DNA of 15,679 bases from an uncultured Candidatus Saccharibacteria bacterium. GTDB taxonomy: Bacteria; Patescibacteriota; Minisyncoccia; Minisyncoccales; CAYPLZ01. The notes under the pieces are model-generated. The model saw only the letters and a program-made list of their open reading frames with translations, ran no database searches and was not told the origin of the DNA. Location of the stretch: contig CAZKRA010000013.1 in assembly GCA_964555095.1 (NCBI GenBank), positions 1 to 15,679 on the forward strand, written 5' to 3'. Made by a program: the position numbers and the translations under genes. Positions 1-7,037 of this stretch are shown here, one piece after another; the stretch's first letter is position 1; each line of letters opens with the position of its first letter.

Positions 1-2
1 GG

Positions 3-338
3 CTCCGGAAATATTTAAAAACAAGAGATGATGATTCCGATGCTTTGTTTATAAATTACAGAGGTAAAAACCCTAAGACTCGCTTGTCAGTAAGAAGCTT
101 AGAAAGAATCGTTAAAAAACATGCTATTGCTGCGGGGCTTCCAACTAATACTTCTTGTCATACTTTAAGACACAGCTTCGCTACAGACCTTTTAAATAAA
201 GGCGCTGACCTTAGAGCCGTTCAAGAGTTTCTTGGACACAAGAATATTGTAACTACTCAAATATATACCCATGTAACTAAGCCTCATCTTAAAAAGACTC
301 ATCAGCAATTTCATGGAATTGCTGATGAAGATGAATAA
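3..338 (+). CDS. Tyrosine recombinase, XerC/XerD-like, C-terminal catalytic part (5' end outside window)
   Basis: The frame stays open back to base 3 (LRKYLKTRDDDSDALFINYRG...). HTLRHSFATDLL and LGHKNIVTTQIYTHV match the conserved HxxR box and the catalytic Tyr box of the Xer/phage-integrase family. TAA stop at 336-338. Confidence 0.9.
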   Translation, partial: LRKYLKTRDDDSDALFINYRGKNPKTRLSVRSLERIVKKHAIAAGLPTNTSCHTLRHSFATDLLNKGADLRAVQEFLGHKNIVTTQIYTHVTKPHLKKTHQQFHGIADEDE

Positions 339-361
339 GTTCATTCCTACTCACTTCCCTA

Positions 362-396
362 TTTTTTGGGATTATGCCCAAAATTAATTTACTTTT
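362..396 (+). terminator. Candidate weak intrinsic terminator after the recombinase gene
   Basis: Hairpin TTTTGGG (364-370) / CCCAAAA (377-383) with a 6-nt loop, followed by T-rich sequence. Only 3 GC pairs. Confidence 0.35.
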
Positions 397-568
397 TAAA
401 TTACATAAGAAAAATATAGAAGTTTAATACACTAAATATAGGTTTAAAATAATAAGAAACTATTTTAATAGGATAAATAAGGTAAATTTATCTAATCTCC
501 CTTTAAAAGCCTATTTAAAGTCTTTTTGCTTAATTTTCCCTATTTTTACTTAATTTTACCCTAAATTA

Positions 569-597
569 TTGACAAATATATTTTTTTGTTCTATAAT
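569..597 (+). promoter_or_regulatory. Consensus sigma70-type promoter (TTGACA-17-TATAAT)
   Basis: TTGACA at 569-574 and TATAAT at 592-597 with an exact 17-nt spacer. It lies about 50 nt upstream of an AAGGAGG site and the ATG at 649. Confidence 0.6.
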
Positions 598-648
598 ATA
601 AGTACAAAGTAAAAAGTTCTTAAGAAACAAAATAAGGAGGAGAATAAA

Positions 649-792
649 ATGATTAATAACTTGATTGATAATGTTTATGTAATGATTGGTAGTGTTCTTT
701 TATTAAATACTTTCTTTTATTTCTATTTAAATCATTCAATTAAAAAAATGAATGAAAGAAATAAAGAAAGGAAAGAGAATAATGATTCTTAA
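649..792 (+). CDS. Small hydrophobic protein, 47 aa (MINNLIDNVYVMIGSVLLLNTFFYFYLNHSIKKMNERNKERKENNDS), below the ORF-track cutoff
   Basis: Perfect SD AAGGAGG at 634-640, 8 nt before ATG 649. One predicted TM helix followed by a charged tail. Sits downstream of the consensus promoter. Confidence 0.45.
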   Translation: MINNLIDNVYVMIGSVLLLNTFFYFYLNHSIKKMNERNKERKENNDS

Positions 793-871
793 AGTATTAT
801 TGTTAATAGTTGTTGTAATTCTAGGCTCCGCCGGATTCTGCTGGTACATAGAGAAAAATTTAAATAAATAA
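782..871 (+). CDS. Small hydrophobic peptide, 29 aa (MILKVLLLIVVVILGSAGFCWYIEKNLNK)
   Basis: ATG 782 overlaps the end of the preceding small ORF by 11 nt, with a purine-rich GGAAAGAG upstream. The TAA stop at 869-871 abuts the terminator hairpin. Confidence 0.35.
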   Translation: MILKVLLLIVVVILGSAGFCWYIEKNLNK

Positions 872-874
872 TAA

Positions 875-910
875 AAAAACCTTTTACTAATGTAAAAGGT
901 TTTTCTTTTT
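875..910 (+). terminator. Intrinsic terminator
   Basis: 13-bp stem AAAAACCTTTTAC (875-887) / GTAAAAGGTTTTT (892-904), loop TAAT, followed by CTTTTT. Confidence 0.7.
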
Positions 911-1002
911 GGGATCTCCCCTATTTATTTACCCTCTAAATCTTCTCCTTCAAATTCCAATTAATACCTCCAAAGAACTTTTGTTATAAATATATAAATT
1001 CC

Positions 1003-1031
1003 TTGACAGAATACCATATCTATGTTATAGT
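1003..1031 (+). promoter_or_regulatory. Sigma70-type promoter (TTGACA-17-TGtTATAGT, extended -10)
   Basis: TTGACA at 1003-1008 and TATAGT at 1026-1031, preceded by TG at 1023-1024, with a 17-nt spacer. About 100 nt upstream of the ORF at 1140. Confidence 0.55.
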
Positions 1032-1139
1032 AAAGATGCGTTAGGATAGTTCTTTATATAAGAAAACTGCTTTTCACCCTATCTTTTTAGGAAGGGTTCA
1101 AGTAAAAGTAGTTTTAAATATTTAAAGGAGCTGATTGAA

Positions 1140-1379
1140 ATGTTAAAGAAAAGATTAGTTATTCTTCTAGTTGTCTTATTGCTTGTTGGTGGATTCTTTT
1201 ATTTTTCTCAATCAACTACTGGTTGGGAAAAGATAGAATCTGATCTCCGAGAAATGAATTTCTCGGAAAATGAATTAGAATATTTTAAAAGCTGTTGGGA
1301 GCGGATGTCTCAACAAGAAAGAGAAGAAATAACAGAGTTTATTAATAATGAAAAAGAAGTAGCTAACCTTCTGGATTAG
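1140..1379 (+). CDS. Hypothetical membrane-anchored small protein (79 aa)
   Basis: SD AAAGGAG at 1124-1130, 9 nt before the ATG. N-terminal hydrophobic anchor LVILLVVLLLVGGFFYF followed by an acidic helical tail. Followed by a terminator. No family recognised. Confidence 0.6.
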   Translation: MLKKRLVILLVVLLLVGGFFYFSQSTTGWEKIESDLREMNFSENELEYFKSCWERMSQQEREEITEFINNEKEVANLLD

Positions 1380-1395
1380 TTACTTTTAAAACAAA

Positions 1396-1436
1396 AACCT
1401 CTTGCGGTAAACCGTTAAGAGGTTCTTTTTTTGTTT
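1396..1436. terminator. Bidirectional intrinsic terminator between convergent genes
   Basis: Stem AACCTCTTGCGGT / ACCGTTAAGAGGTT (1396-1424, with one bulge). T-run on the plus strand (1425-1432) and A-run upstream, which gives a T-run for the minus-strand uppS transcript. Confidence 0.7.
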
Positions 1437-1447
1437 TATTCCCTCTA

Positions 1448-2140
1448 TTATTCTCCGAACCTTCTTTTTCGATTAGAATAGTCTTTAATTGCTTTATCAA
1501 GATCTTCTTCACTAAACTCTGGCCAATATTTATCTAAAAAGCAAAGCTCAGAATAAGCAGCTTGCCAAATAAAAAAGTTGGACAACCTCCTCTCCTTCCC
1601 TGTTCTAATAATAAGATCTAGATCTGAAGTCCATAAGTTTTCTGCAATTAAGTCTTCATCAATATCTTCAGGCTTAATTCCTTTTTTCATTATCTTTTTG
1701 AATGCTTCCACAATCTCTGCTCTTCCCCCATAACTTAAAGCAATATTTAAAGTCATTTTTGTATTAGTCTTGGTCGCTTTTTCTGCTTTCTTTATTGCTT
1801 TTTTTAAGGATTGGGAAAGTTTATTTTTTCTTCCTAAAATTTGAACTTTTATTCCTTCCTTTACAAATTCCTCTAACTTATCTCTTAAAGTCTTTTCTCC
1901 TAAACTCATAATATGGTCTACCTCTTTTTCAGATCGTTTCCAATTTTCTGTAGAAAAAACAAATAAGGTTAAAATTTTTATCCCTTTTTTGCCGGCCCAT
2001 TCTACTACTTTCATTGCTTTATCTAACCCTTTGTTATGACCTTTAAAAGCAGGGAGATTATTTTTCTTTGCCCATCTCCTATTTCCATCCAATATAATTC
2101 CTACGTGTTCTGGAATTTTTATATTATTTTCTTCACTCAT
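1448..2140 (-). CDS. uppS: Di-trans,poly-cis-undecaprenyl-diphosphate synthase
   Basis: 230 aa. HVGIILDGNRRWAKK, LTLFVFSTENWKRS and IIRTGKERRLSNFFIWQAAYSEL are hallmark cis-prenyltransferase motifs. Confidence 0.95.
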   Translation of the reverse strand: MSEENNIKIPEHVGIILDGNRRWAKKNNLPAFKGHNKGLDKAMKVVEWAGKKGIKILTLFVFSTENWKRSEKEVDHIMSLGEKTLRDKLEEFVKEGIKVQILGRKNKLSQSLKKAIKKAEKATKTNTKMTLNIALSYGGRAEIVEAFKKIMKKGIKPEDIDEDLIAENLWTSDLDLIIRTGKERRLSNFFIWQAAYSELCFLDKYWPEFSEEDLDKAIKDYSNRKRRFGE

Positions 2141-2148
2141 AATTTTTA

Positions 2149-3102
2149 TTATTTACTAAAAATATAATCTGTGTCAATGTTTATTTTTTTTGGTAAAAAC
2201 CAAGGCAAATTGTGCCCTAAGAAATAAAATACTTTTAATCCAATCTTGGATAAAGTAATTTTGGGTTTAAATTTATTAAAAACTACTTTTTGATATTTGT
2301 CAAAATCAGGGAAAGTACTTACTAAATGATTAGCCGCTGTTAATCCCCAAATTACTCCTCCTCCAGACCATGGTTTTGTTAGTCCGGCAGCATCTCCACA
2401 TAGAGTAATATTTGGATTGTTTGGGAAAGATAATCCTTCTGGAACTAAGCTGGAGCATTTATCTTTAATTTCAATATCTCTTTCTTTTAAAAATTTATTA
2501 AAATTATCTTTAGCATATTTGGATTCTTCTAAAATTCCATATTCAACTCGCTCTCCTCGAGGAATTTTCCAGATAAAACCATTATTTTTAGTTGGCCAAA
2601 CTTCAACATAATCTGCATTGTCCTTTTTATTAACAAACCCCTTAATTCCTAAACGGATAGATAATTTAGGCAAGCCAGTCTCTTTTCTAGTGACAGAATC
2701 ATACCCGTCACAACCAATAATATAATCATAGTTTTCCGGAAGAGATAAAACTGCTTGGTTAAGATTAATATTAGCTCCTTTTTCTTTAGTTTTTTGAGCC
2801 ATCATTTTGTCTAATTTAAAATGGTTCATTACAAGAAGATCATGAGAAAATTGAGCTTCAATATCTTTTTTAGAAAAGTGGACTATAACTTTTTTTATTC
2901 TGTTTTGAACTAAATCTTTGCTTTCTGGAATAGAATTTAGAATTCTTTTAGAAAATAAACCAGAACAACATTTTTTACCAATTTCTTCTTTTCTTTCAAA
3001 AAGCTCCACCTCATTTTCATCAGATAGTTTTAAAGCTAAATAAAGCCCACAAATTCCACCTCCGATTATTGCAACTTTTTTGTTTGTATTACTTTTATCC
3101 AT
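2149..3102 (-). CDS. FAD-dependent oxidoreductase, geranylgeranyl-reductase family
   Basis: 317 aa. N-terminal Rossmann motif VAIIGGGICGLYLA. GKKCCSGLFS resembles the conserved Cys loop of GGR enzymes. CGDAAGLTKPWSGGGV matches the GDAAG flavin-binding motif. Stop lies 8 nt from the uppS start. Confidence 0.8.
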   Translation of the reverse strand: MDKSNTNKKVAIIGGGICGLYLALKLSDENEVELFERKEEIGKKCCSGLFSKRILNSIPESKDLVQNRIKKVIVHFSKKDIEAQFSHDLLVMNHFKLDKMMAQKTKEKGANINLNQAVLSLPENYDYIIGCDGYDSVTRKETGLPKLSIRLGIKGFVNKKDNADYVEVWPTKNNGFIWKIPRGERVEYGILEESKYAKDNFNKFLKERDIEIKDKCSSLVPEGLSFPNNPNITLCGDAAGLTKPWSGGGVIWGLTAANHLVSTFPDFDKYQKVVFNKFKPKITLSKIGLKVFYFLGHNLPWFLPKKINIDTDYIFSK

Positions 3103-3176
3103 GAAAGTTTTTACTGCCTTGATTTGTTCTTAACTTGTTTAAGAAAAATTCCACCTCCAATTATTGCAACTTTTTT
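3051..3176. repeat. 31-nt direct repeat (1 mismatch), two copies 95 nt apart
   Basis: AAATTCCACCTCCGATTATTGCAACTTTTTT at 3051-3081 versus AAATTCCACCTCCAATTATTGCAACTTTTTT at 3146-3176. On the minus strand both encode KKVAIIGGGI. Confidence 0.85.
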
Positions 3177-3179
3177 CAT
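3111..3179 (-). pseudogene. Vestigial duplicated 5' end of the reductase gene (22 codons, MKKVAIIGGGIFLKQVKNKSRQ*)
   Basis: Begins with the same KKVAIIGGG Rossmann start as the full gene but stops after 22 codons, 8 nt before the real ATG at 3102. Confidence 0.4.
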
Positions 3180-3346
3180 TTTTGATTTAAAACTTTAATT
3201 ACTGTATTTTTTTCTAATTTATAATTTGCTGTAATATAGCCTACAGCAAAGGAAAAAATCGAGACTAAAACAATTATAACCACTAAAATAATATCACGTT
3301 TATTCTTTTTTCTAAACTTTTTAATAGCCTCAATAATTGACTTCAT
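3176..3346 (-). CDS. Small single-TM protein, 56 aa (MKSIIEAIKKFRKKNKRDIILVVIIVLVSIFSFAVGYITANYKLEKNTVIKVLNQK)
   Basis: ATG at 3346. Basic N-terminus followed by one hydrophobic helix. Its TGA stop overlaps the ATG at 3179 of the vestigial ORF in an ATGA junction. Below the ORF-track cutoff. Confidence 0.4.
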   Translation of the reverse strand: MKSIIEAIKKFRKKNKRDIILVVIIVLVSIFSFAVGYITANYKLEKNTVIKVLNQK

Positions 3347-3364
3347 TTTTAAAATAAGTATAAT
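3337..3364 (+). promoter_or_regulatory. Sigma70-type promoter for rpmA (TTGACT-16-TATAAT)
   Basis: TTGACT at 3337-3342 and TATAAT at 3359-3364. About 36 nt upstream of the rpmA ATG. Confidence 0.55.
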
Positions 3365-3400
3365 ATAAAATGATTTAGCAATTAAATTAAGTAAAAGAAA

Positions 3401-3673
3401 ATGTCAAAAGTAAAAGCAACTGGAACAACTAAATTAGGAAGAGATTCAAACCCGAACTATCTTGGGGTTAAATTACATCATGGCCAAAAAGCTAAGGCTG
3501 GAAGTATTATAGTTAGACAAAGAGGGACTAAAGTCAGAGCAGGGAAAAATGTTCGTCGTGGTAGAGATGATACTCTTTACGCTATAGAAGAAGGGGTAGT
3601 TAAGTTTAAGACTAAAAAAATTACTAAATACGATAATTCTCGCAAAAAAGTTAAGTTTGTGAGTGTTGAATAG
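3401..3673 (+). CDS. rpmA: 50S ribosomal protein L27
   Basis: 90 aa. [49 protein letters not shown] is the canonical L27 core. Confidence 0.93.
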   Translation: MSKVKATGTTKLGRDSNPNYLGVKLHHGQKAKAGSIIVRQRGTKVRAGKNVRRGRDDTLYAIEEGVVKFKTKKITKYDNSRKKVKFVSVE

Positions 3674-5294
3674 CAGTTTTTACAAACTCTTTAAATAAAG
3701 GGTGAGGATAAAGTGGTTTTGACTGAAATTCAGGATGAAACTGAGTACCAACATAAAAAGGATGATCCTCAATCTCTATTATTTCAACTAAATCTGTTTT
3801 TGGATTAAGACCTGCAACTTTTAAACCATTTTTTTCTAATTTTTTTCTATATTTATTATTGAACTCATAGCGGTGACGGTGTCTTTCTAAAATCAATTCT
3901 TCATTATAGGCTTGGGAACTAATGGTTCCCTTTTTTAATTTGCACTCATAAGTTCCGAGTCGCATTGTTCCACCATAATCTTTCTTCTTTAACAATTTCT
4001 TTTGGCCTGGCATTATATCAATTACCGGCTTACATCCTTTATCAAATTCAGTTGAATTTGCATTTTTAATTCCGGCAACATTTCGAGCAAACTCAACTGT
4101 AGCTAATTGCATTCCTAGACAGAGTCCTAAAAATGGAATTTTATTTTCTCTACAATATTGAGCTGCTTTAATTTTTCCTTCTGTTCCTCTACTTCCAAAA
4201 CCTCCCGGGATAACAACTCCGTCAAATCTTTCTAATTTTTCTAATTTTGAAGGATCTTCTTCGTATTCCTCTGCAGAAAGCCAAAATATTTCTGCTTTTC
4301 TTTTATTAGCCCAACTACTATGATTAATTGCCTCTATAACCGAAATATAGGAGTCAGACAAGGTGAATTCCCCTGTTTCAAAGTATTTACCCACCATCCC
4401 AATTTTTACTTTCTTATCCGCGTTTTTGATTACATTTACCATTTTCCTCCAATTTTTTAAATCACTTTCCTTTGGCTTTAAATTAAACTTTTTTAAAATT
4501 TTATTACTAAGATTATCTCTTTCAAAATTTAAAGGAATTTCATAAATAGTACTTACATCAGGAGCAGAAATAACGTCTTCTTTGTCTACATTACAAAAAA
4601 TAGAAATTTTTCTTTTACGAGGCTCATCTAATGGAACCTCTGCTCTTCCTAAAATAATATCTGGTTTTATTCCAGCTGAATTTAAAGTCCGAGCAGCATG
4701 TTGAGTTGGCTTTGTTTTCATTTCACCTATTATTTCAGGAATTGGAAGGTAGCTTACCATAACAAAAAGAACCCTCCCTGGGTTCTTTAATTTCATCATT
4801 CGAGCTGCTTCAAGAAAGAGCATATTTTGATATTCTCCTATAGTTCCTCCAATTTCAGTTAAAACAAAATCAACATCATTAATCTCTCCTGCCTTTTTAA
4901 TTCTAGAGATTACTTCATTTGGTATATCGGGAACTACTTCAACACATTTTCCATCATATTCTAAGTTTCTCTCTCTTTCTATTACTGATTGATAAACTCT
5001 TCCTGTAGTCATATAATTGTGAGTTGAAAGAGTTTTATTTAAAAACCTTTCGTAATTTCCAATATCTTGATCACACTCTACTCCATCTGCAGTTACAAAT
5101 ACTTCTCCATGTTCAACTGGATTCATTGTTCCAGCATCTACGTTAACATAAGGATCAATCTTAACAGCTGTAACAGAATATCCTTTACTTTGGAGAATTT
5201 TTCCTATAGAAGAGTTTGCTACTCCTTTTCCTATTCCCGACATTACTCCACCAACAACAAAAACATATTTAGTTTCACTAATATTTTTACTCAT
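3651..5294 (-). CDS. pyrG: CTP synthase
   Basis: 547 aa. N-terminal [18 protein letters not shown] synthetase motif. C-terminal glutamine amidotransferase domain with GLCLGMQ (catalytic Cys) and HRHRYEFN. Confidence 0.97.
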   Translation of the reverse strand: MSKNISETKYVFVVGGVMSGIGKGVANSSIGKILQSKGYSVTAVKIDPYVNVDAGTMNPVEHGEVFVTADGVECDQDIGNYERFLNKTLSTHNYMTTGRVYQSVIERERNLEYDGKCVEVVPDIPNEVISRIKKAGEINDVDFVLTEIGGTIGEYQNMLFLEAARMMKLKNPGRVLFVMVSYLPIPEIIGEMKTKPTQHAARTLNSAGIKPDIILGRAEVPLDEPRKRKISIFCNVDKEDVISAPDVSTIYEIPLNFERDNLSNKILKKFNLKPKESDLKNWRKMVNVIKNADKKVKIGMVGKYFETGEFTLSDSYISVIEAINHSSWANKRKAEIFWLSAEEYEEDPSKLEKLERFDGVVIPGGFGSRGTEGKIKAAQYCRENKIPFLGLCLGMQLATVEFARNVAGIKNANSTEFDKGCKPVIDIMPGQKKLLKKKDYGGTMRLGTYECKLKKGTISSQAYNEELILERHRHRYEFNNKYRKKLEKNGLKVAGLNPKTDLVEIIEIEDHPFYVGTQFHPEFQSKPLYPHPLFKEFVKTAIQHSQT

Positions 5295-5742
5295 TTTCTT
5301 TTTCCTTTATAAGAACTTTTAGTGTAGATTTTAGGTCTTCCCCAAGATTTAAATTAATTTCATATTCCCCTTCATTTTCAATTGGCTTTTCTAAATTAAT
5401 ATGTTTTTCTTTAACTTCTTCATATCCGAGTTCTTTAATCTTTTTAACAATATCTTTTTTATCAATTGATTCAAAAAGTTGTCCCTTCTCCCCTACCTTC
5501 ATTTCAAATTTAATCTTCTTCTCTGTTATTGCTTCTGCTAATTTTTTTAATTCTTTTCTTCTTTTTGATTTCTTTTCTTCTTTTTGATTTTGTATTTGTT
5601 TGGCTTTTTTAACCTCTGATTCTATTGCTTTTGTTGCAAGTTTTTTAGGGAAAAGATAATTTCTGGCATATCCATCTGTAACTTCTTTTATTTCATTTTT
5701 TTGTCCTACACCAGGAATATTTTCTTTTAATACTACTTTCAT
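5287..5742 (-). CDS. rplI: 50S ribosomal protein L9
   Basis: 151 aa. MKVVLKENIPGVGQKNEIKEVTDGYARNYLFPKKLA is the canonical L9 N-domain, followed by a Lys/Glu-rich linker helix and a C-domain. Overlaps the pyrG start by 8 nt (ATGAGTAA). Confidence 0.93.
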   Translation of the reverse strand: MKVVLKENIPGVGQKNEIKEVTDGYARNYLFPKKLATKAIESEVKKAKQIQNQKEEKKSKRRKELKKLAEAITEKKIKFEMKVGEKGQLFESIDKKDIVKKIKELGYEEVKEKHINLEKPIENEGEYEINLNLGEDLKSTLKVLIKEKENE

Positions 5743-5791
5743 AATAGAGTTAATTTAATTTATTATTTTCGAACGAAGTGAGAAAAAAGAT

Positions 5792-7000
5792 TCAGTTTGA
5801 TTCTTGTTTAGTTAAAATTTCAATAGCCTTATCAAGTTGAGGATCTTCACCCTCCTCAATTTCGTCTGGAATATCAACCTCAACATCAGGCTCAATTCCT
5901 TTATCCTGTATTAAAGATCCATTTGGAGTAAGCCACTTAGCAACAGTAATCTTTAAAGATGATTTATCGCTTAATTTAACTAACTCTTGAACTGATCCTT
6001 TTCCAAAAGATTTTTTACCTACAATCTTTATTTCTCTCTGGTCTCTTAAAGCACCAGCCAAAATTTCTGAGGCTGAAGCTGATCCTTGGTTCAATAAAAC
6101 TATTATAGGATAATCTTTAAGCATAGAGTTTCCTTTTGCTTTGTAAGTATCGTCTTCTCTTTCTTCTCCAAAATGTTCAATCGTAACTGTTTTTCCATCT
6201 TCTAAGAACCAACCTGCTATATATTGAGAAACCTCAAGATAACCTCCTGGATTTCCTCTCAAATCTAATACTATTTTTTTAGCAGGACTATTTAGTATAC
6301 TTAAAGCTGCTTCTCTAAAGTCTTTTCTAGCTTTTTCAGAGAAGTGATAAAGCCTAAGATAGGCTACTTCTCCTTCTTTAGTTTTTTCTCCATTTTGATC
6401 AACTAAATACCATTCTAATGATGGAATATCAATTACTCCTCTAGTAATATCAATATCTTTTGATTTTTGCCAACTTTCTCTTGCTACAGTTAAAGTTACC
6501 ACACTACCTTTTGACCCTCTTATTTTATTCACTGCTTCATCAATTGTCATTTCGCTAGTTGATTCTCCATCTACTTTTAAAATTTTATCTCCTCCTTTTA
6601 ATCCTGCTTTTTCAGCTGGAGTTTCTGGCAAAGGTGAAATTACTTGAAGTTGCCTATCTCTTACTCCTATTTCCATGCCTACCCCCTCAAACTGGCCTTG
6701 GACATCTTCCATAAAACGCTTTGTATTTTCAGGCTCCATAAATACAGTATAAGGATCATCTAAGGATTCAGTTAATCCAGAAATTGCTCCATATACTACA
6801 GTCTTCTGATTTAATTTACCAGTTTCTACGTATTTGCTCTCTAGTTCATTATAAGCCTCCCAGAATAAGGAAAAATCTATTTCTTGAGGAGGACAAACTT
6901 TGCATTGTTGCTGACCATAAAAAAATCCTCCTCCAAAAGCTAGGAAGATTAAAATTACAATTAGAAATGATAGTAAATTTCTTTTATTTAAAAAACTCAT
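5792..7000 (-). CDS. S41 family C-terminal processing peptidase (CtpA/Prc-like), membrane-anchored
   Basis: 402 aa. N-terminal TM anchor, PDZ segment GLKGGDKILKVDG, VLDLRGNPGGYL, the catalytic region LLNQGSASASEILAGAL, and GKKSFGKGSVQ. Confidence 0.93.
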   Translation of the reverse strand: MSFLNKRNLLSFLIVILIFLAFGGGFFYGQQQCKVCPPQEIDFSLFWEAYNELESKYVETGKLNQKTVVYGAISGLTESLDDPYTVFMEPENTKRFMEDVQGQFEGVGMEIGVRDRQLQVISPLPETPAEKAGLKGGDKILKVDGESTSEMTIDEAVNKIRGSKGSVVTLTVARESWQKSKDIDITRGVIDIPSLEWYLVDQNGEKTKEGEVAYLRLYHFSEKARKDFREAALSILNSPAKKIVLDLRGNPGGYLEVSQYIAGWFLEDGKTVTIEHFGEEREDDTYKAKGNSMLKDYPIIVLLNQGSASASEILAGALRDQREIKIVGKKSFGKGSVQELVKLSDKSSLKITVAKWLTPNGSLIQDKGIEPDVEVDIPDEIEEGEDPQLDKAIEILTKQESN

Positions 7001-7008
7001 TTTGACCT

Positions 7009-7037
7009 ACTATATCATAATTAACCATCTTGAACAA
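7009..7037 (-). promoter_or_regulatory. Candidate extended -10 promoter just upstream of the S41 peptidase ATG
   Basis: On the minus strand: TTGTTC (7037-7032), 17-nt spacer, TGaTATAGT (7017-7009). Only 8 nt separate the -10 box from ATG 7000, and there is no clear SD. Confidence 0.35.

Noticed and set aside
1032-1139. A roughly 100-nt 5' leader before the ORF at 1140, considered as a possible riboswitch or sRNA
   Set aside because: Only short, AT-rich pairings are visible (ACCCT/AGGGT, CCTA/TAGG). There is no resemblance to any riboswitch class I can recognise. It remains unexplained but is unsupported as a structured RNA.
1-1139. Recombinase plus the AT-rich stretch as the edge of an integrated mobile element
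   Set aside because: No flanking tRNA, no att-like direct repeats bracketing a cargo and no phage or conjugation genes are present. The recombinase C-terminus looks like an ordinary chromosomal XerC/D. The window starts inside the gene, so the upstream context cannot be judged.
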